From contig CBDBZU010000004.1 in assembly GCA_965213625.1 (NCBI GenBank), positions 832,001 to 896,000 on the forward strand: 64,000 nt of DNA. Reading direction: 5' to 3'. The stretch is from a bacterium (lineage in GTDB: Bacteria; UBA8248). Positions 40,530 through 49,726 of this stretch are shown here, in pieces. Position numbers and translations under genes: made by a program. Positions within the stretch are counted from its first letter, which is position 1, and every line of letters starts with the position of its first letter. The notes beneath the pieces are model-generated. The model saw only the letters and a list, made by a program, of their open reading frames with translations, was not told the DNA's origin and made no database searches.

Positions 40530-41105
40530 ATGTCAATAATGATGAATGATTTTATCGACCAAGTACGCGAAATTGTAAATACAGGAGGTACCGAAGAAGA
40601 AGTTACTGCTCGCGTAGCGGTGGTCCTTGAATCGATTTTGGATGAGCCGAACCTGTTGAGTGCCGACCAACTGTTAGTGAAAAAAGAAGGTTTTACGCTC
40701 AACCGGATTCACATAGAGCCGGATGAGAGCTTCTCTATAGGCGCCGGTATATGGGATGTGGGCCAGACCACCCCGATTCATGATCATGGTACCTGGGGAG
40801 TGATAGGCATTTACCGAGGAATGGAAAACGAAGAGAGTTTTTTGCGAGAAGGTCCGCGCGAAGAGGGCGCTCGCGTAAATCTTACGCCGCAGGGGAAACG
40901 CCTGGCAGGGCCTGGGGATGTTTTCGTCTGCTGTACGAAGGACCAAGATGTGCACCGCGTAAGCTGTGCTTCGCCTGAGCCTGTTGTGGGTATTCATGTC
41001 TATGGCGATGATCTCGCCAAGTTGACGCGCTATAAATATGAGGAATCAACCGGCGAGGTGAACTTGTTTGTCACAGGATGGGATTATGCGAAAATCTCCG
41101 ATTGA
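40530..41105 (+). CDS. Cysteine/3-mercaptopropionate dioxygenase-like cupin
   Basis: W-x-x-GQTTPIHDHGTWG, DVHRV, GIHVYG (3-His site plus Tyr). Confidence 0.8.
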   Translation: MSIMMNDFIDQVREIVNTGGTEEEVTARVAVVLESILDEPNLLSADQLLVKKEGFTLNRIHIEPDESFSIGAGIWDVGQTTPIHDHGTWGVIGIYRGMENEESFLREGPREEGARVNLTPQGKRLAGPGDVFVCCTKDQDVHRVSCASPEPVVGIHVYGDDLAKLTRYKYEESTGEVNLFVTGWDYAKISD

Positions 41106-41219
41106 TCTCTAAAAACCGAAGAAGTGGATATCTGACATCACTAAATCGTTTTCTCTGTAGAGGCCACCTCTGAACATCTGGTTGGGAACTACCGCGTCGA
41201 GATGAAATAATCACGTCTT

Positions 41220-41924
41220 TTACCAAGGCATGGGTTTTCTGTCCTGGAAATACCCCCCGGTAGGCCCTTCCTTTGGCAATAAAGCGAGCCATACGGGCGT
41301 ATCCGCTCCTTCGTCAATTGATTTTGAGGCGCCCCGGCCACCCATGTCGGTTCTCACCCAACCAGGATGGCAACAATTCACCAACACGCCGGTTCCCTGG
41401 AATTCGCTTGCGAGAACTTTCGTCATCGCATTCAGTGCGGTTTTTGTGATTCTGTATGCGGGAGAGCCTCCGCCCATGCTGGCGAGAGAGCCCATGCCGC
41501 TTGAGACGTTCACGATTCTACCGGCTGGACTTTTTTTCAAGAGAGGAGCCAGTGTTTGGCACAGCATGAGAGGACCGTAGAGGTTGGTTTCCATCATTTC
41601 CCGGACGATTTCGATGGGAACGTCCAAACCCTTCATACCGACATCTTTCCTGATGGCCGCGTTGTTGATCAAGATATCCAGATGCCCGAATTCATTGGTC
41701 AAAAAGCTGGCTATCAAATCAATGCTACTCTGATCGGTGACATCCAGGGGATGGAATATGATATCCAGTCCCTCTTGTTTCAGCTGCTTCTTAGCGGTTT
41801 CACCCTTGGAAACGTCTCGCGACGTGAGGATGGTTCGTATTCCTTGTTTTGTAAGCGAACGGCATATACCAAAGCCAATGCCTTTGTTGCCGCCCGTTAC
41901 GACGGCGATTTTCTTATCCGGCAA
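41220..41924 (-). CDS. Short-chain dehydrogenase/reductase (carbonyl-reductase-like)
   Basis: TGGNKGIG, LINNA, YRITK, HPGWVRTDMG. Confidence 0.93.
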   Translation of the reverse strand: MPDKKIAVVTGGNKGIGFGICRSLTKQGIRTILTSRDVSKGETAKKQLKQEGLDIIFHPLDVTDQSSIDLIASFLTNEFGHLDILINNAAIRKDVGMKGLDVPIEIVREMMETNLYGPLMLCQTLAPLLKKSPAGRIVNVSSGMGSLASMGGGSPAYRITKTALNAMTKVLASEFQGTGVLVNCCHPGWVRTDMGGRGASKSIDEGADTPVWLALLPKEGPTGGYFQDRKPMPW

Positions 41925-42016
41925 CTTTCATCTCCCTTGTCAGTATGGATCGCTGGTTCATTTCCACTGCGTGTTATAACATATAGGTAAGTAGTCTCAC
42001 CCGGACATATCCAAGA

Positions 42017-42742
42017 ATGCGTGTTGGAAAGAAACCGTTGAATTCAATTCACCTGATCCTGTTCGACGTAGATGGCACCTTGCTTCTAAGCGGAGGCGCA
42101 GGGGCAGGAGCGTTGAATATCGCTTTCGAGCGCATATACGGGATTCCAAACGCTATGCGTCATGTTCACCCGCATGGAAAAACAGATGAGCTCATCGTGC
42201 AAGAGATGTTTACCTCTCACTTGGAACGTTGCGGGAGCGAGTCTGAGGTGAAGGCTCTCTTAGATAAATATGTGGCAATCCTGCCCACCACAGTTAGGGA
42301 TTCTAAAAATTTTCATCTGATGCCGGGAATTCCAGGATTGCTTTCGTATCTCAAGGGCCGGAATGACGTGTTCATGGGATTAGGCACGGGCAATATCGAA
42401 GAAGGTGCGCGAATCAAACTCTCGCGTGGCGGGTTAAACAGATTCTTTTCGTTCGGGGGTTTTGGCTCTGATTCTGGAGACAGGACGGAGTTGCTGGAAG
42501 CAGGATTTCTGAGGGGCGAGCAAATCATTCAAAAGGAATTTCCGCGCAAGTCCACTTCTCGTTGGGTGGTAGGTGATACATGGCGAGACGTCGCGGCGGG
42601 TCGCGCATGCGGCGCGAAGACGATGGCCGTGGCCACGGGCGGCGATTCACTTTACGAGTTGGCGAGTGCTTCTCCGGATTATCTATTTGCCACACTGGAG
42701 GACACGGAGAGATTTTATGAAATCCTGGACTCGGATGCTTAA
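42017..42742 (+). CDS. HAD-family hydrolase
   Basis: FDVDGTLL, GKTD, TGN, GGFGSD, VGDT..D. Confidence 0.9.
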   Translation: MRVGKKPLNSIHLILFDVDGTLLLSGGAGAGALNIAFERIYGIPNAMRHVHPHGKTDELIVQEMFTSHLERCGSESEVKALLDKYVAILPTTVRDSKNFHLMPGIPGLLSYLKGRNDVFMGLGTGNIEEGARIKLSRGGLNRFFSFGGFGSDSGDRTELLEAGFLRGEQIIQKEFPRKSTSRWVVGDTWRDVAAGRACGAKTMAVATGGDSLYELASASPDYLFATLEDTERFYEILDSDA

Positions 42743-42745
42743 GGG

Positions 42746-43429
42746 ATGAGTGAAACCTTATATCCGGTTACGCCAAGTGAAATTGCCCATGTCTACCGGC
42801 AAATCCCTGAGTGGACCATGGGGGAACTCGCTGAACTGCCCGAGGCGCAATTGGATAGAACGGGGACGGAAGTATGGGCGCGTTGGTCCCCAAGAAGACA
42901 GCTTAGCCATATGGCCTACATTACGACACGGTGGTTCATGGTTCTTTATGGCGCCACTCGCCTGCCATGGCCGGTTGTGGACATGAGTCAGTTCAGCACG
43001 TTTATCAATACACGGGATAATGATCGTCGTTTTTCCTCTGAGCGATATGGGGATATCGAGTGGCTGCATTTGCGTTTATCCGAAGTCTGTGAGGCAGCGG
43101 CGATCCAAGTTGAACAGCCGGATATAAAGCCTTCGGCTGACAAATCGCTTTTGTTTGTTTTCACGGACTCATCGGTCGTGGGCGTGAGCGAGGAGCGTTC
43201 CGTTGATTTGTGGAATCGTTGCATGAATTGCCACCCGGATGGATTTACGGTTGACCCTGAACACGAACACGGGTTTCGAATTGCACCTTTAGCGACTCTG
43301 CGTCATGTGCTTTGGGATGATTTGATTCACTTGCGCTCCATCAGGCTCCATCGTGAAGCCTTGGGTTTGTCTCCCGTCTATCCTGATGCACCCGTGGGCG
43401 GCTACGCTTCCGCCTATCCGGTTTCTTGA
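42746..43429 (+). CDS. DinB-like protein, paralogue 1
   Basis: WS.R.QLSH and RHVLW...IH His pattern. Homologous to 44980-45651. Confidence 0.6.
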   Translation: MSETLYPVTPSEIAHVYRQIPEWTMGELAELPEAQLDRTGTEVWARWSPRRQLSHMAYITTRWFMVLYGATRLPWPVVDMSQFSTFINTRDNDRRFSSERYGDIEWLHLRLSEVCEAAAIQVEQPDIKPSADKSLLFVFTDSSVVGVSEERSVDLWNRCMNCHPDGFTVDPEHEHGFRIAPLATLRHVLWDDLIHLRSIRLHREALGLSPVYPDAPVGGYASAYPVS

Positions 43430-43932
43430 TGAGTTTCCCGCTCCCATCTCGAGCGAATTTCCTTTTTTGGGTTTTTTTTATCTCATTTGCTTCTTTGGCA
43501 GGAGCGCTATTGTTTTTCTCGAAACCTCTATTTCTTGATAAAACAGGTGTTAAAGCATCCTTGGCGGCAGAAGCAAAGAAGTTAAGAGGAATGCCTCCAG
43601 AGGCCATCGCTAAAAACGTAGGCCAAATACTCAAGAAATACCTGGACGCTTCAAAGCACACCAGCCGTGCGGATATTCAGGTTTCCGAGATAACACCTGA
43701 AAGGTTGTCTGTTGACATTTTGTTGCCATGGGCGGAAGTGAGCGCAAAAAAAAGAAGACAAAGAGCGGAATTAGTTTGTCGGCTCGGAAGCGATATGCTG
43801 GAAAATGCGGGAGCAAAGGACACCATTTTCTTGGTGAATCTTTTACGCATGAGGAGAGACTCGACGGCTAGCGAGCCCGTGGGTGCGATGATGTATTCTT
43901 CCAAAGACGAAAAATGCACGTGGAAAGAATAG
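43426..43932 (+). CDS. Hypothetical membrane-anchored protein
   Basis: N-terminal TM helix; overlaps the upstream stop codon. Confidence 0.6.
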   Translation: MMSFPLPSRANFLFWVFFISFASLAGALLFFSKPLFLDKTGVKASLAAEAKKLRGMPPEAIAKNVGQILKKYLDASKHTSRADIQVSEITPERLSVDILLPWAEVSAKKRRQRAELVCRLGSDMLENAGAKDTIFLVNLLRMRRDSTASEPVGAMMYSSKDEKCTWKE

Positions 43933-44062
43933 CTTTTTCAGATAGCAGGACTTACAAGAAGCCAAATCCATCAAATGCCGACGCCTTTTCTATGCAGAAC
44001 TCCATTTCTGCTAGACTGGGTGAATATAGTTTCTTTCCGAAGTTAAGCTTAGGGAGGTGGTT

Positions 44063-44962
44063 ATGGCCCTGAAAACCGTTGCCATCATCAGCCCGGGAGA
44101 TATGGGACATGCGGTTGGGCGAATGCTGGGTTCGCATGGGTATGAAGTGATAACTTGTCTCGCAAACAGAAGCGAAAGAACGAAGCGCTTGGCCGCTGAA
44201 GGAAGAATCCGGGACTATCCGATAATGGCCGAAATGCTGGAGCGTGCGGATATTGTTTTATCCATCGTGCCTCCGGGGTTAGCCACCCAGGCGGCGGACG
44301 AAGTGGCGGAAGCTATGTCGGCTTCCGGGTATTTCCCTCCATACGCTGATTGCAACGCCGTGTCGCCGGAAACGGCAAAAGCAATCGCAAAGCGAATTTC
44401 AGATGTCGGAGCGGATTTCATCGATGGTGGGATATTAGGCCCCCCTCCGAGCGAGACGAGGAGCAACACCAGATTTTACTTCAGCGGCGAGCGGGCGGAG
44501 TTGCTAGCGGAGTTGGATGGCAAGGGATTCGTGGTTCGTTTGCTCGGGAAAGAGGTAGGCCGCGCTTCTGGAATCAAGATGTGTTACGCAGCCCTTACGA
44601 AGGGAACCCATGCTCTTCAAACGGCCGTTATCACTCTGGCCGAAGCGCTTGGTCTATCCGAAGAGGTGAATCATGAGTTTCAAACAAGCCAGGAGGCATC
44701 TTATAAACAGATTGCCTCAAGCGCCCCTCGTCTTCCAGTTGTGGCGTGGCGGTATATCGACGAGATGAAACAAATTGCGCAGACTTTTGAATCAGCCGGC
44801 GTCACGCCGAAGTTTCACCAAGGAGCGGCGGCCATATATTCACATCTCTCGACGACGCCCTTAGCGGAACAATCCGTAGAGACAATGGACAAGGGTTTAT
44901 CTCCACAGCAAGCGGCGGCGGTGTACGCAAAACACTTGCCGATGAAAAGGGACGACAATTAA
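44063..44962 (+). CDS. NAD(P)-dependent oxidoreductase (6PGD/beta-hydroxyacid dehydrogenase-like, DUF1932 type)
   Basis: SPGDMG, DCNAVSP, DGGILGPPP, ASGIKMCYA..TKG, WRYIDEM. Confidence 0.85.
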   Translation: MALKTVAIISPGDMGHAVGRMLGSHGYEVITCLANRSERTKRLAAEGRIRDYPIMAEMLERADIVLSIVPPGLATQAADEVAEAMSASGYFPPYADCNAVSPETAKAIAKRISDVGADFIDGGILGPPPSETRSNTRFYFSGERAELLAELDGKGFVVRLLGKEVGRASGIKMCYAALTKGTHALQTAVITLAEALGLSEEVNHEFQTSQEASYKQIASSAPRLPVVAWRYIDEMKQIAQTFESAGVTPKFHQGAAAIYSHLSTTPLAEQSVETMDKGLSPQQAAAVYAKHLPMKRDDN

Positions 44963-44979
44963 TGTCTTGAGGGAGCGAT

Positions 44980-45651
44980 ATGCCAGAAGACTTATCCACA
45001 CAAGGACTGGATGTTTTTCCGGAATACAAAAATTTGGCGGATTTATTTCGAGAAGAAACCGACGGACTTCCGCAGGAATTATGGGAATGGAAGCTGCCAG
45101 AGATGAGTTGGGGAGCCTGGTCGATTAAAGAACAAATCAGTCACACGGCATGGATCCCATATCTTTTTTTCCTGGAATTCTGGCCCCCCGTTTTGTATCC
45201 GGATTCCTTGCCGCGAGATAAATCTCTGGCGGATCAAGGAGGAGCGGACAGAATGCTCGATCCCGTCCGGTTTCCTGGTGCGTCCGATGTTCTGGCAGCG
45301 CTTGATGATGCGTGCGCCTTGTGTCGGGAGGTTTTATCAAGCGAAACGCTTGCCACGCTAAGAAAGAAGGAATTGCCCAGAAAGTATTCGCCGGACAGAA
45401 CGTGGGCGAACGGTGAGCGAGTGATAGATTATTTTCAAAATCTCGTTTTGCCTGCTCATGAGACGGGCTTTCGCAAAGACGAAAACGATCCTTATTTGTA
45501 TTACCAGACGCTTGAGTGCTCTTTCCGCCACATATTGTGGGAATCCTATGTGCACCTAATCACCATTCAGGAGTTCAAGCGAATCAAAGGTTTGTCAATT
45601 CATTCGACCGTTCCTAGAAACGGGTATGCCGCAATGCTCACCTGGGAATAA
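44980..45651 (+). CDS. DinB-like protein, paralogue 2
   Basis: WSIKEQISH, RHILWE..VH. Confidence 0.6.
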   Translation: MPEDLSTQGLDVFPEYKNLADLFREETDGLPQELWEWKLPEMSWGAWSIKEQISHTAWIPYLFFLEFWPPVLYPDSLPRDKSLADQGGADRMLDPVRFPGASDVLAALDDACALCREVLSSETLATLRKKELPRKYSPDRTWANGERVIDYFQNLVLPAHETGFRKDENDPYLYYQTLECSFRHILWESYVHLITIQEFKRIKGLSIHSTVPRNGYAAMLTWE

Positions 45652-45728
45652 ATGCGCTCATCCATTGGGATTTTTTCGTTTGTAATTTTGATTCCTGAAT
45701 CTCCCTATATCTACAAAGGAGGGCAATC

Positions 45729-47594
45729 ATGACAACCCCTCGTCGGGGTATAGGTGCGCTGCGTGAGTATTTATATGGTGAAGATATTGGGCAGGCAAAG
45801 ATAGAGCCTGAAGGCCCGATCATAGTGGGCAGATTGGGGAAGTGGCGCATTATCTTCAATGTTGGGCCGCGCGGAATCTATAAAGGAGGGGGTCTTCGCT
45901 TCACACCGCCGAATGGGTTCACTACGCCCCAATTCAATGAAATGACAGATCCGGGATTTTGCAAATTCCGATGTTCGAATGAAGATGTTGTTTTAGTTCC
46001 TTCATTGGTTGAACCTGTGCTCGGTTATACTTTCCTTCCGGCCAGCCTGGAGTTGAAGGTTCAGGATTCCTCTTTGGTGGAAGGTGATTTCATTGAAATC
46101 GAATATGGCTGGACGCCATCCGGAATCCCCGGCGCGCAGGCGCAAGCCCTGGCCATGCCCGTGGAATTCACTTTATCCATTGATTCGACCGGAGGGGGAG
46201 ACTGGGAGCTTCTTCCGGAGCCCCCAACCTTTGATGTGCTTCCCGAAGGGCCATGTTTTCTTTGGGTTACTGCGCCGGCGCAAGTAGTCACTGGCCAGGG
46301 CTTTTCTGTACGGGCTGTGACGCGAGATTGCTTTCATAACGTAGCGACATCAGAGACATCTGTACCGAAGCTATTTTTGCCTGATGAGAACTCGGTTTCT
46401 TTCCGTCAGGAATCGCCCGGAGTTTTTGTATGTGAAAATGTGGTTTTGCAAACCAAGGGCATTCATCGGCTGAAGGTCTTGGCGGATGGATTGCCGGCCG
46501 CTCATACACCACCGATCAAGGTGTTGGATGAAACCCCGGAGCGCATGCTTCTTTTTGGCGACCCGCATTGCATGAGCGGGTTGTGCGTGGGGGAGTACCC
46601 GAGACCATCAACCGCGCGTGAAATCGTGGAGTATGTCCACGCCTATGCGCGGGATTGCGCGGGTGTGGATTTCGCCGCCTGCACCTCTTTGGCCATGCGA
46701 ATGGATGAAGCGCAATGGAAAGAAGTCACTGATGCGGCGAATCGTTTTACTGAAGCGGGTAGATATGTTGCTCTCCCCGCTTATGAATGGTTTGGCATGC
46801 TCGAACAAGACGGGAACAAAAACGTCTATTTCCTGGATGATCAGGATATCCCGAAGCTGGACTCCCGCAGTTCCGACTCCGATCATCCGGAAAAGCTCTG
46901 GAGGCAACTCGATAAATTCGAGGGCCGAGTGATGACGATTCCCCATCATTCGGTAAGTGCTGTGATTGGCACCCGCTGGCGCTGGCACGATCCGAGGTTT
47001 CAGCGCCTCGTCGAAATATACTCTTGTTGGGGCAACTCAGAAGCCAATGGATGTGAAAGGCCTTTGGTCAACCCGGCGCGCTATGAAGGACAAAGCGTGC
47101 AGGATGCGCTTGAGAAAGGATATCGTTTGGGCATCATCGCCGGCTCGGATACGCATACGTCTCAGCCTGGGTTCTCGAATCGATTGCGGCTCAAGAATGC
47201 CTGGAGAGGTGGATTGACTTGTGTATGGGCGGAGACCTTTGATCGGGAAGGGATATTTAGGGCCCTTTGGGATCGGCGTTGCTACGGCACGACGGGAGCG
47301 CGCATTATTCTTGAAATTTTCTTGAACGACGCCCCCATGGGCTCAGAGATTACATTGGAAAAATCGTCTGCGAGGAAACTGAAGATCCGGGCTGAAGCCT
47401 GCTCCCCGGTTCATAAGGTCGTAATCATCAAAAATACGAAAGAAATTCATATAGATGAACCGGGACGGGAGTCGGTCTCTATTGAGTGGGTTGATTCGAA
47501 TGGTAAGGAACGGGAGGCGGATTATTATTATGTGCGCCTGATACAGGACGATGGGGAAATGGCTTGGTCGAGTCCAATCTGGGTGGATGCCTAG
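45729..47594 (+). CDS. DUF3604/PHP-like metallohydrolase
   Basis: FGDPH, AYEW, IPHH, VEIYS.WG, GSDTH, R.CYGTTGARI, YYYVR..Q.DG..AWSSPIW. Confidence 0.8.
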   Translation: MTTPRRGIGALREYLYGEDIGQAKIEPEGPIIVGRLGKWRIIFNVGPRGIYKGGGLRFTPPNGFTTPQFNEMTDPGFCKFRCSNEDVVLVPSLVEPVLGYTFLPASLELKVQDSSLVEGDFIEIEYGWTPSGIPGAQAQALAMPVEFTLSIDSTGGGDWELLPEPPTFDVLPEGPCFLWVTAPAQVVTGQGFSVRAVTRDCFHNVATSETSVPKLFLPDENSVSFRQESPGVFVCENVVLQTKGIHRLKVLADGLPAAHTPPIKVLDETPERMLLFGDPHCMSGLCVGEYPRPSTAREIVEYVHAYARDCAGVDFAACTSLAMRMDEAQWKEVTDAANRFTEAGRYVALPAYEWFGMLEQDGNKNVYFLDDQDIPKLDSRSSDSDHPEKLWRQLDKFEGRVMTIPHHSVSAVIGTRWRWHDPRFQRLVEIYSCWGNSEANGCERPLVNPARYEGQSVQDALEKGYRLGIIAGSDTHTSQPGFSNRLRLKNAWRGGLTCVWAETFDREGIFRALWDRRCYGTTGARIILEIFLNDAPMGSEITLEKSSARKLKIRAEACSPVHKVVIIKNTKEIHIDEPGRESVSIEWVDSNGKEREADYYYVRLIQDDGEMAWSSPIWVDA

Positions 47595-47606
47595 GAAGGA
47601 GCGGTT

Positions 47607-48789
47607 GTGGCGCAAGAAACGGCGGATGCCGTCGTCATTGGTGGTGGTGTGATGGGATGTTCCATCGCCTATCAGTTGGCGAAACGAGGTTTTGGAAAAA
47701 TTATCCTTTGTGAACGCGATGGCATCGCATCTGGTTCCACGGGCGGGTCTTCGGCGCTTTTTCGCATGCACTATTCAAATACAAGCACCATTCAGATGGC
47801 TTGGCGGTCTCTGTTGGCGTTTGAGGGGTTCGAGGAATATTCCGAGGGCAGACAAGCTGGATTCATGCAAACCGGATATTTGGTGCTGGCGAATGATTCT
47901 CTTCGTAATGGCGTGAAAAAAATGTAGAACTTGCACAATCCCTCGGAGTAGAAACGTACTGGATTAAAAAAGAGGAAATTTCTCGACACACGCCCCATGG
48001 GCCCAACTGGAAGATTTAGTGGGTGCGGCTTACGAACCGAGAAGCGGGTATGCTGATCCACATGGAGTGACATCTGGATTTGCGGAAGGTGCGAAAAAAT
48101 ATGGTGCGCAAATACGACAGAATTGTTCTGTGATTGGGGTCAAATTCGATAGCTCAGGTTTGGTATGCGTTGAGACCTTTCGGGATGTTATCGATACTCC
48201 GGTTGTCGTGAACGCTTCCGGGGCTTGGGTGAATAAGGTGGCCGCTTTCAGCGGACACCAATTTCCGGCGGAGGCCATCCGAGAACAAGATACGGTTTTT
48301 TATGCCGTGGGCAGAGATGGCGAGAGGGTTGAATTTGTCGTCTATGATGGTCCGACGCGTTTGTACTACCGCCCGGAGGGGCGAGATTTACTCCTCATAG
48401 GTCGCGACAATATAGAACCCGAGTATGTCGACCCGGATGATTTCAACAAAAAAGGAGACATGGATTTCGTGCTCGATGTTCTGGAGAGGATGCAAAAGCG
48501 TTGGCCCTACTTTGAAAATGCGAAACTATTCCGTGGCTGGGGTTGCTTGTACTGCATTACGCCGGATTGGATGCCCATTCTTGATCGTTACCCCGAAGTG
48601 CCGGGTTACTACATTTGCACAGGGATGAGCGGCCATGGCTTCAAGTTGGCGCCCGCTGTGGGAGAGATGATGGCGGAGTTGATCATGACCGGAAGTTGTG
48701 AGGAGCCGGATATCAGCGACTATCGCCTGGCTCGTTTTGATGAAGGCGATTTGATGCAAAGTGTTTTCGGAACAGGGTTTCAGGGCTGA
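47607..48789 (+). pseudogene. FAD-dependent oxidoreductase (DAO/sarcosine oxidase beta-like), interrupted by two frameshifts
   Basis: GGGVMG dinucleotide-binding N-terminus (47607-47927) and C-terminal YEP..GYADP, TPD..PI, GMSGHGFK (48019-48789) lie in different frames. They are bridged by a third frame at 47924-47990. Confidence 0.8.
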
Positions 48790-48792
48790 AAA

Positions 48793-49572
48793 CTATGGCT
48801 TGGGTCTGGGGTATACTTCGATAAGAGGAAATATTTTTTCAGTATTTTCTTTTAAGCCAAAGAAGACAGGTCCATTGGCTTTTTCACCATTCGCGAGCTT
48901 CTGAAGGTCGAGAGAGCGGCCATCCGGATGATATGCGCCTCCCCCCACTTCTTGTAATACGGCGAGGGGACCTAAGATATCCCAGATTTGGGGTCTATCT
49001 ACCAAGGCGGCGATGGCGCCTCCTGTAGCTGCATATGCTACATGTGCGGAAGCGCTTCCATATGCGACAGATTTTCCTGGATAATCTATTTTGTAAAAAC
49101 GTTTTCGAGAAGAAGGTCCTAGCATCACGGTTTGATTGGTTATTTCCATATCTTTTAGTTTTGGAAGTATCTTCCCGTTTCTTGTGGCGCCCTCTCCTTC
49201 GTGCGCAAGGAACATTTCATCCACAACGGGCATGTAGAATCCTCCGGCGAGTGGCTTTCCGTTTTCCATAACGCCGATGGATACGCCCCAAGTGGGCAGA
49301 CCGTTTAGAAATGGGTTGGTGCCATCAATGGGGTCAACCGCCCAAAGACGGGGGTGCTTCTTATCTTGTATTTCTCCGCCCCCGAGTTCTTCTCCAATAA
49401 CGTCGTCGTTCGGGAACGAAATCTTTAAGCAGGATAGAATGAATTTTTCTACTTCGAAATCGGCTTCGCTCACCAAGCTCCTGTCTTGTTTTTGAATGCC
49501 TATGGCATTGTTCATGAATGACAAAGCCAGTTTGCCCGCATCTTTGAGGGTTTTTTCGATGAATTTAATCAT
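48793..49572 (-). CDS. Inositol monophosphatase family protein
   Basis: VSEAD, IGEE, VDPIDGT, IWD..EVGG. Confidence 0.92.
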   Translation of the reverse strand: MIKFIEKTLKDAGKLALSFMNNAIGIQKQDRSLVSEADFEVEKFILSCLKISFPNDDVIGEELGGGEIQDKKHPRLWAVDPIDGTNPFLNGLPTWGVSIGVMENGKPLAGGFYMPVVDEMFLAHEGEGATRNGKILPKLKDMEITNQTVMLGPSSRKRFYKIDYPGKSVAYGSASAHVAYAATGGAIAALVDRPQIWDILGPLAVLQEVGGGAYHPDGRSLDLQKLANGEKANGPVFFGLKENTEKIFPLIEVYPRPKP

Positions 49573-49726
49573 GGGAGTACTGGTTACCCCGGTTGCATTG
49601 TACGTGAATCCATCACTTGGGGGTCAACCTATCTTGTGGAGTGAAAACTTTCCAGCTCTTCGGGAAAATCTACTCAATATGTATACACAGCACCCGTTTT
49701 AATTTTGATTAGGATAGGATTTGCGC

